64,000 nucleotides of DNA from Auanema rhodensis (Eukaryota > Animalia > Nematoda): positions 3,968,001 to 4,032,000 of the forward strand of contig OZ059894.1 of NCBI GenBank assembly GCA_964057225.1. The letters are read 5' to 3'. The translations under genes and the position numbers were made by a program. Below the pieces are notes generated by a model. It searched no databases, was not told where the DNA came from, and saw only the letters and a list, made by a program, of their open reading frames with translations. Positions 53,801 to 64,000 of the stretch are shown piece by piece (within the stretch, counting starts at the first letter, position 1; each line of letters opens with the position of its first letter).

Positions 53801-56800
53801 CGATCTGTGTTATCAGATTTGCGCTAGCTTAAAAATGCACCGAGATATCAACTGATATAAGTTCACACTTATATCCTCGATTTTCACCCTGAAGAATTAA
53901 TTTTTTCGTTGAATAACATTGTCCATCGTCTTTGCCTTGAAAAATGGAATCTAAAAACATCTACTTTTTGCTAAATTATTTTGAAATTTTTCGAAAAAAT
54001 TTTTGTCAAAATGTTTTTGGAAGCAATGTTGAGTGTACATGGAAACTCAACATACACTAATGCATCATTTTTCAAACGATCATAACTAATTTTTGTATTA
54101 AGCGTTTCTCAATGTAGTATAGTGCATTCGATGCGGATTTTTAAGCTGCGTCGATCTGTGTTATCAGATTTGCGCTAGCTTAAAAATGCACCGAGATATC
54201 AACTGATATAAGTTCACACTTATATCCTCGATTTTCACCCTGAAGAATTAATTTTTTCGTTGAATAACATTGTCCATCGTCTTTGCCTTGAAAAATGGAA
54301 TCTAAAAACATCTACTTTTTGCTAAATTATTTTGAAATTTTTCGAAAAAATTTTTGTCAAAATGTTTTTGGAAGCAATGTTGAGTGTACATGGAAACTCA
54401 ACATACACTAATGCATCATTTTTCAAACGATCATAACTAATTTTTGTATTAAGCGTTTCTCAATGTAGTATAGTGCATTCGATGCGGATTTTTAAGCTGC
54501 GTCGATCTGTGTTATCAGATTTGCGCTAGCTTAAAAATGCACCGAGATATCAACTGATATAAGTTCACACTTATATCCTCGATTTTCACCCTGAAGAATT
54601 AATTTTTTCGTTGAATAACATTGTCCATCGTCTTTGCCTTGAAAAATGGAATCTAAAAACATCTACTTTTTGCTAAATTATTTTGAAATTTTTCGAAAAA
54701 ATTTTTGTCAAAATGTTTTTGGAAGCAATGTTGAGTGTACATGGAAACTCAACATACACTAATGCATCATTTTTCAAACGATCATAACTAATTTTTGTAT
54801 TAAGCGTTTCTCAATGTAGTATAGTGCATTCGATGCGGATTTTTAAGCTGCGTCGATCTGTGTTATCAGGTTTGCGCTAGCTTAAAAATGCACCGAGATA
54901 TCAACTGATATAAGTTCACACTTATATCCTCGATTTTCACCCTGAAGAATTAATTTTTTCGTTGAATAACATTGTCCATCGTCTTTGCCTTGAAAAATGG
55001 AATCTAAAAACATCTACTTTTTGCTAAATTATTCTGAAATTTTTCGAAAAAATTTTTGTCAAAATGTTTTTGGAAGCAATGTTGAGTGTACATGGAAACT
55101 CAACATACACTAATGCATCATTTTTCAAACGATCATAACTAATTTTTGTATTAAGCGTTTCTCAATGTAGTATAGTGCATTCGATGCGGATTTTTAAGCT
55201 GCGTCGATCTGTGTTATCAGATTTGCGCTAGCTTAAAAATGCACCGAGATATCAACTGATATAAGTTCACACTTATATCCTCGATTTTCACCCTGAAGAA
55301 TTAATTTTTTCGTTGAATAACATTGTCCATCGTCTTTGCCTTGAAAAATGGAATCTAAAAACATCTACTTTTTGCTAAATTATTTTGAAATTTTTCGAAA
55401 AAATTTTTGTCAAAATGTTTTTGGAAGCAATGTTGAGTGTACATGGAAACTCAACATACACTAATGCATCATTTTTCAAACGATCATAACTAATTTTTGT
55501 ATTAAGCGTTTCTCAATGTAGTATAGTGCATTCGATGCGGATTTTTAAGCTGCGTCGATCTGTGTTATCAGATTTGCGCTAGCTTAAAAATGCACCGAGA
55601 TATCAACTGATATAAGTTCACACTTATATCCTCGATTTTCACCCCGAAGAATTAATTTTTTCGTTGAATAACAATGTCCATCGTCTTTGCCTTGAAAAAA
55701 GGAATCTAAAAACATCTACTTTTTGCTAAATTATTTCGAAATTTTTCGAAAAAATTTTTGTTAAAATGTTTTTGGAAGCAATGTTGACTGTACATGGAAA
55801 CTCAACATACACTAATGCATCATTTTTCAAACGATCATAACTAATTTTTGTATTAAGCGTTTCTCAATGTAGTATAGTGCATTCGATGCGGATTTTTAAG
55901 CTGCGTCGATCTGTGTTATCAGATTTGCGCTAGCTTAAAAATGCACCGAGATATCAACTGATATAAGTTCACACTTATATCCTCGATTTTCACCCTGAAG
56001 AATTAATTTTTTCGTTGAATAACATTGTCCATCGTCTTTGCCTTGAAAAATGGAATCTAAAAACATCTACTTTTTGCTAAATTATTTTGAAATTTTTCGA
56101 AAAAATTTTTGTCAAAATGTTTTTGGAAGCAATGTTGAGTGTACATGGAAACTCAACATACACTAATGCATCATTTTTCAAACGATCATAACTAATTTTT
56201 GTATTAAGCGTTTCTCAATGTAGTATAGTGCATTCGATGCGGATTTTTAAGCTGCGTCGATCTGTGTTATCAGATTTGCGCTAGCTTAAAAATGCACCGA
56301 GATATCAACTGATATAAGTTCACACTTATATCCTCGATTTTCACCCTGAAGAATTAATTTTTTCGTTGAATAACATTGTCCATCGTCTTTGCCTTGAAAA
56401 ATGGAATCTAAAAACATCTACTTTTTGCTAAATTATTTTGAAATTTTTCGAAAAAATTTTTGTCAAAATGTTTTTGGAAGCAATGTTGAGTGTACATGGA
56501 AACTCAACATACACTAATGCATCATTTTTCAAACGATCATAACTAATTTTTGTATTAAGCGTTTCTCAATGTAGTATAGTGCATTCGATGCGGATTTTTA
56601 AGCTGCGTCGATCTGTGTTATCAGATTTGCGCTAGCTTAAAAATGCACCGAGATATCAACTGATATAAGTTCACACTTATATCCTCGATTTTCACCCTGA
56701 AGAATTAATTTTTTCGTTGAATAACATTGTCCATCGTCTTTGCCTTGAAAAATGGAATCTAAAAACATCTACTTTTTGCTAAATTATTTTGAAATTTTTC

Positions 56801-59800
56801 GAAAAAATTTTTGTCAAAATGTTTTTGGAAGCAATGTTGAGTGTACATGGAAACTCAACATACACTAATGCATCATTTTTCAAACGATCATAACTAATTT
56901 TTGTATTAAGCGTTTCTCAATGTAGTATAGTGCATTCGATGCGGATTTTTAAGCTGCGTCGATCTGTGTTATCAGGTTTGCGCTAGCTTAAAAATGCACC
57001 GAGATATCAACTGATATAAGTTCACACTTATATCCTCGATTTTCACCCTGAAGAATTAATTTTTTCGTTGAATAACATTGTCCATCGTCTTTGCCTTGAA
57101 AAATGGAATCTAAAAACATCTACTTTTTGCTAAATTATTCTGAAATTTTTCGAAAAAATTTTTGTCAAAATGTTTTTGGAAGCAATGTTGAGTGTACATG
57201 GAAACTCAACATACACTAATGCATCATTTTTCAAACGATCATAACTAATTTTTGTATTAAGCGTTTCTCAATGTAGTATAGTGCATTCGATGCGGATTTT
57301 TAAGCTGCGTCGATCTGTGTTATCAGATTTGCGCTAGCTTAAAAATGCACCGAGATATCAACTGATATAAGTTCACACTTATATCCTCGATTTTCACCCT
57401 GAAGAATTAATTTTTTCGTTGAATAACATTGTCCATCGTCTTTGCCTTGAAAAATGGAATCTAAAAACATCTACTTTTTGCTAAATTATTCTGAAATTTT
57501 TCGAAAAAATTTTTGTCAAAATGTTTTTGGAAGCAATGTTGAGTGTACATGGAAACTCAACATACACTAATGCATCATTTTTCAAACGATCATAACTTAT
57601 TTTTGTAACAAGCATTTCTCAATGTAGTATAGTGCATTCGATGCGGATTTTTAAGCTGCGTCGATCTGTGTTATCAGTTTTGCGCTAGCTTAAAAATGCA
57701 CCGAGATATCAACTGATATAAGTTCACACTTATATCCTCGATTTTCACCCTGAAGAATTAATTTTTTCGTTGAATAACATTGTCCATCGTCTTTGCCTTG
57801 AAAAAAGGAATCTAAAAACATCTACTTTTTGCTAAATTATTTTGAAATTTTTCGAAAAAATTTTTGTCAAAATGTTTTTGGAAGCAATGTTGAGTGTACA
57901 TGGAAACTCAACATACACTAATGCATCATTTTTCAAACGATCATAACTAATTTTTGTATTAAGCGTTTCTCAAAGTAGTATAGTGCATTCGATGCGGATT
58001 TTCAAGCTGCGTCGATCTGTGTTATCAGGTTTGCGCTAGCTTAAAAATGCACCGAGATATCAACTGATATAAGTTCACACTTATATCCTCGATTTTCACC
58101 CCGAAGAATTAATTTTTTCGTTGAATAACAATGTCCATCGTCTTTGCCTTGAAAAAAGGAATCTAAAAACATCTACTTTTTGCTAAATTATTTCGAAATT
58201 TTTCGAAAAAATTTTTGTTAAAATGTTTTTGGAAGCAATGTTGACTGTACATGGAAACTCAACATACACTAATGCATCATTTTTCAAACGATCATAACTA
58301 ATTTTTGTATTAAGCGTTTCTCAATGTAGTATAGTGCATTCGATGCGGATTTTTAAGCTGCGTCGATCTGTGTTATCAGATTTGCGCTAGCTTAAAAATG
58401 CACCGAGATATCAACTGATATAAGTTCACACTTATATCCTCGATTTTCACCCTGAAGAATTAATTTTTTCGTTGAATAACATTGTCCATCGTCTTTGCCT
58501 TGAAAAATGGAATCTAAAAACATCTACTTTTTGCTAAATTATTTTGAAATTTTTCGAAAAAATTTTTGTCAAAATGTTTTTGGAAGCAATGTTGAGTGTA
58601 CATGGAAACTCAACATACACTAATGCATCATTTTTCAAACGATCATAACTAATTTTTGTATTAAGCGTTTCTCAATGTAGTATAGTGCATTCGATGCGGA
58701 TTTTTAAGCTGCGTCGATCTGTGTTATCAGTTTTGCGCTAGCTTAAAAATGCACCGAGATATCAACTGATATAAGTTCACACTTATATCCTTGATTTTCA
58801 CCCTGAAGAATTAATTTTTTCGTTGAATAACATTGTCCATCGTCTTTGCCTTGAAAAATGGAATCTAAAAACATCTACTTTTTGCTAAATTATTTTGAAA
58901 TTTTTCGAAAAAATTTTTGTCAAAATGTTTTTGGAAGCAATGTTGAGTGTACATGGAAACTCAACATACACTAATGCATCATTTTTCAAACGATCATAAC
59001 TAATTTTTGTATTAAGCGTTTCTCAAAGTAGTATAGTGCATTCGATGCGGATTTTCAAGCTGCGTCGATCTGTGTTATCAGGTTTGCGCTAGCTTAAAAA
59101 TGCACCGAGATATCAACTGATATAAGTTCACACTTATATCCTCGATTTTCACCCCGAAGAATTAATTTTTTCGTTGAATAACAATGTCCATCGTCTTTGC
59201 CTTGAAAAAAGGAATCTAAAAACATCTACTTTTTGCTAAATTATTTCGAAATTTTTCGAAAAAATTTTTGTTAAAATGTTTTTGGAAGCAATGTTGACTG
59301 TACATGGAAACTCAACATACACTAATGCATCATTTTTCAAACGATCATAACTAATTTTTGTATTAAGCGTTTCTCAATGTAGTATAGTGCATTCGATGCG
59401 GATTTTTAAGCTGCGTCGATCTGTGTTATCAGATTTGCGCTAGCTTAAAAATGCACCGAGATATCAACTGATATAAGTTCACACTTATATCCTCGATTTT
59501 CACCCTGAAGAATTAATTTTTTCGTTGAATAACATTGTCCATCGTCTTTGCCTTGAAAAATGGAATCTAAAAACATCTACTTTTTGCTAAATTATTTTGA
59601 AATTTTTCGAAAAAATTTTTGTCAAAATGTTTTTGGAAGCAATGTTGAGTGTACATGGAAACTCAACATACACTAATGCATCATTTTTCAAACGATCATA
59701 ACTAATTTTTGTATTAAGCGTTTCTCAATGTAGTATAGTGCATTCGATGCGGATTTTTAAGCTGCGTCGATCTGTGTTATCAGATTTGCGCTAGCTTAAA

Positions 59801-62800
59801 AATGCACCGAGATATCAACTGATATAAGTTCACACTTATATCCTCGATTTTCACCCTGAAGAATTAATTTTTTCGTTGAATAACATTGTCCATCGTCTTT
59901 GCCTTGAAAAATGGAATCTAAAAACATCTACTTTTTGCTAAATTATTTTGAAATTTTTCGAAAAAATTTTTGTCAAAATGTTTTTGGAAGCAATGTTGAG
60001 TGTACATGGAAACTCAACATACACTAATGCATCATTTTTCAAACGATCATAACTAATTTTTGTATTAAGCGTTTCTCAATGTAGTATAGTGCATTCGATG
60101 CGGATTTTTAAGCTGCGTCGATCTGTGTTATCAGATTTGCGCTAGCTTAAAAATGCACCGAGATATCAACTGATATAAGTTCACACTTATATCCTCGATT
60201 TTCACCCTGAAGAATTAATTTTTTCGTTGAATAACATTGTCCATCGTCTTTGCCTTGAAAAATGGAATCTAAAAACATCTACTTTTTGCTAAATTATTTT
60301 GAAATTTTTCGAAAAAATTTTTGTTAAAATGTTTTTGGAAGCAATGTTGAGTGTACATGGAAACTCAACATACACTAATGCATCATTTTTCAAACGATCA
60401 TAACTAATTTTTGTATCGAGCGTTTCTTAATGTAGTATAGTGCATTCGATGCGGATTTTTAAGCTGCGTCGATCTGTGTTATCAGATTTGCGCTAGCTTA
60501 AAAATGCACCGAGATATCAACTGATATAAGTTCACACATATATACCCGATTTTCACCCTAAAGAATTAATTTTTTCGTTGAATAACATTGTCCATCGTCT
60601 TCGCCTTGAAAAAAGGAATCTAAAAACATCTACTTTTTGCTAAATTATTTTGAAATTTTTCGAAAAAATTTTTGTCAAAATGTTTTTGGAAGCAATGTTG
60701 AGTGTACATGGAAACTCAACATACACTAATGCATCATTTTTCAAACGATCATAACTAATTTTTGTATTAAGCGTTTCTCAATGTAGTATAAAGCATTCGA
60801 TGCGGATTTTTAAGCTGCGTCGATCTGTGTTATCAGATTTGCGCTAGCTTAAAAATGCACCGAGATATCAACTGATATAAGTTCACACTTATATCCTCGA
60901 TTTTCACCCTGAAGAATTAATTTTTTCGTTGAATAACATTGTCCATCGTCTTTGCCTTGAAAAATGGAATCTAAAAACATCTACTTTTTGCTAAATTATT
61001 TTGAAATTTTTCGAAAAAATTTTTGTCAAAATGTTTTTGGAAGCAATGTTGAGTGTACATGGAAACTCAACATACACTAATGCATCATTTTTCAAACGAT
61101 CATAACTAATTTTTGTATTAAGCGTTTCTCAATGTAGTATAGTGCATTCGATGCGGATTTTTAAGCTGCGTCGATCTGTGTTATTAGATTTGCGCTAGCT
61201 TAAAAATGCACCGAGATATCAACTGATATAAGTTCACACTTATATCCTCGATTTTCACCCTGAAGAATTAATTTTTTCGTTGAATAACATTGTCCATCGT
61301 CTTTGCCTTGAAAAATGGAATCTAAAAACATCTACTTTTTGCTAAATTATTTTGAAATTTTTCGAAAAAATTTTTGTTAAAATGTTTTTGGAAGCAATGT
61401 TGAGTGTACATGGAAACTCAACATACACTAATGCATCATTTTTCAAACGATCATAACTAATTTTTGTATCAAGCGTTTGTTAATGTAGTATAGTGCATTC
61501 GATGCGGATTTTTAAGCTGCGTCGATCTGTGTTATCAGATTTGCGCTAGCTTAAAAATGCACCGAGATATCAACTGATATAAGTTCACACATATATACCC
61601 GATTTTCACCCTAAAGAATTAATTTTTTCGTTGAATAACATTGTCCATCGTCTTTGCCTTGAAAAAAGGAATCTAAAAACATCTACTTTTTGCTAAATTA
61701 TTTTGAAATTTTTCGAAAAAATTTTTGTCAAAATGTTTTTGGAAGCAATGTTGAGTGTACATGGAAACTCAACATACACTAATGCATCATTTTTCAAACG
61801 ATCATAACTAATTTTTGTATTAAGCGTTTCTCAATGTAGTATAAAGCATTCGATGCGGATTTTTAAGCTGCGTCGATCTGTGTTATCAGATTTGCGCTAG
61901 CTTAAAAATGCACCGAGATATCAACTGATATAAGTTCACACTTATATCCTCGATTTTCACCCTGAAGAATTAATTTTTTCGTTGAATAACATTGTCCATC
62001 GTCTTTGCCTTGAAAAAAGGAATCTAAAAACATCTACTTTTTGCTAAATTATTTTGAAATTTTTCGAAAAAATTTTTGTCAAAATGTTTTTGGAAGCAAT
62101 GTTGAGTGTACATGGAAACTCAACATACACTAATGCATCATTTTTCAAACGATCATAACTTATTTTTGTAACAAGCGTTTCTCAATGTAGTATAGTGCAT
62201 TCGATGCGGATTTTTAAGCTGCGTCGATCTGTGTTATCAGATTTGCGCTAGCTTAAAAATGCACCGAGATATCAACTGATATAAGTTCACACTTATATCC
62301 TCGATTTTCACCCTGAAGAATTAATTTTTTCGTTGAATAACATTGTCCATCGTCTTTGCCTTGAAAAAAGGAATCTAAAAACATCTACTTTTTGCTAAAT
62401 TATTTTGAAATTTTTCGAAAAAATTTTTGTCAAAATGTTTTTGGAAGCAATGTTTAGTGTACATGGAAACTCAACATACACTAATGCATCATTTTTCAAA
62501 CGATCATAACTAATTTTTGTATCAAGCGTTTCTTAATGTAGTATAGTGCATTCGATCCGGATTTTTAAGCTGCGTCGATCTGTGTTATCAGATTTGCGGT
62601 AGCTTAAAAATGCACCGAGATATCAACTGATATAAGTTCACACTTATATCCTCGATTTTCACCCTGAAGAATTAATTTTTTCGTTGAATAACATTGTCCA
62701 TCGTCTTTGCCTTGAAAAATGGAATCTAAAAACATCTACTTTTTGCTAAATTATTTTGAAATTTTTCGAAAAAATTTTTGTCAAAATGTTTTTGGAAGCA

Positions 62801-64000
62801 ATGTTGAGTGTACATGGAAACTCAACATACACTAATGCATCATTTTTCAAACGATCATAACTAATTTTTGTATTAAGCGTTTCTCAATGTAGTATAGTGC
62901 ATTCGATGCGGATTTTTAAGCTGCGTCGATCTGTGTTATCAGATTTGCGCTAGCTTAAAAATGCACCGAGATATCAACTGATATAAGTTCACACTTATAT
63001 CCTCGATTTTCACCCTGAAGAATTAATTTTTTCGTTGAATAACATTGTCCATCGTCTTTGCCTTGAAAAATGGAATCTAAAAACATCTACTTTTTGCTAA
63101 ATTATTTTGAAATTTTTCGAAAAAATTTTTGTCAAAATGTTTTTGGAAGCAATGTTGAGTGTACATGGAAACTCAACATACACTAATGCATCATTTTTCA
63201 AACGATCATAACTAATTTTTGTATCAAGCGTTTCTTAATGTAGTATAGTGCATTCGATTCGGATTTTTAAGCTGCGTCGATCTGTGTTATCAGATTTGCG
63301 CTAGCTTAAAAATGCACCGAGATATCAACTGATATAAGTTCACACTTATATCCTCGATTTTCACCCTGAAGAATTAATTTTTTCGTTGAATAACATTGTC
63401 CATCGTCTTTGCCTTGAAAAATGGAATCTAAAAACATCTACTTTTTGCTAAATTATTTTGAAATTTTTCGAAAAAATTTTTGTCAAAATGTTTTTGGAAG
63501 CAATGTTGAGTGTACATGGAAACTCAACATACACTAATGCATCATTTTTCAAACGATCATAACTAATTTTTGTATTAAGCGTTCTTCAATGTAGTATAGT
63601 GCATTCGATGCGGATTTTTAAGCTGCGTCGATCTGTGTTATCAGATTTGCGCTAGCTTAAAAATGCACCGAGATATCAACTGATATAAGTTCACACTTAT
63701 ATCCTCGATTTTCACCCTGAACAATTAATTTTTTCGTTGAATAACATTGTCCATCGTCTTTGCCTTGAAAAATGGAATCTAAAAACATCTACTTTTTGCT
63801 AAATTATTTTGAAATTTTTCGAAAAAATTTTTGTCAAAATGTTTTTGGAAGCAATGTTGAGTGTACATGGAAACTCAACATACACTAATGCATCATTTTT
63901 CAAACGATCATAACTAATTTTTGTATTAAGCGTTTCTCAATGTAGTATAGTGCATTCGATGCGGATTTTTAAGCTGCGTCGATCTGTGTTATCAGATTTG

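Larger units (their letters stand above)
1..64000. repeat. Tandem satellite DNA array, 351-bp monomer, 182 full copies plus 1 partial; extends beyond both window edges
   Basis: The motif atgttgagtgtacatggaaactcaac recurs at 1, 335, 687, 1038, ... 4531, 15061, 21385, 40337, 63854. Spacing is exactly 351 bp apart from a few indel monomers: 334 bp at 1 and 2793; 352 at 335 and 3127; 350 at 3479, 38584 and 39987; 353 at 15061, 20679 and 21032. I saw no non-repeat sequence and no inversion. Confidence 0.99.

Noticed and set aside
1-64000. CRISPR array or prokaryotic repeat system
   Set aside because: There are no unique spacers; the whole 351-bp unit is repeated, and no cas or other genes are present.
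1-64000. Tandem 5S rRNA, tRNA, snRNA or spliced-leader gene array
   Set aside because: I recognised no such RNA sequence, Pol III A/B/C boxes or cloverleaf, and frequent internal T-runs on both strands would terminate Pol III. Not tested with Rfam.

Overview
The whole 64-kb window is one uninterrupted head-to-tail tandem array of an AT-rich (~31% GC, hand-counted) 351-bp satellite monomer. It holds 182 complete copies plus a 147-bp partial copy, all in the same orientation and differing at a limited set of recurrent variant positions. I found no credible genes, RNA genes, CRISPR array or transposon insertions; the two listed ORFs are chance products of one monomer variant. It looks like eukaryotic (peri)centromeric or heterochromatic satellite DNA, but I do not recognise the family or organism. 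Two kinds of structure stand out. (i) The monomer is largely tiled by inverted repeats, with 4 clear dyads and 1 weak one. (ii) Shared variants record a layered expansion history: a ~27-29.5 kb (78-84 monomer) duplication with a visible chimeric junction monomer at ~38.3-38.5 kb, overlaid by later 2-, 4-, 5-, 6-, 8-, 10- and 16-monomer duplications. The sequence alone does not support a new gene-encoded system.
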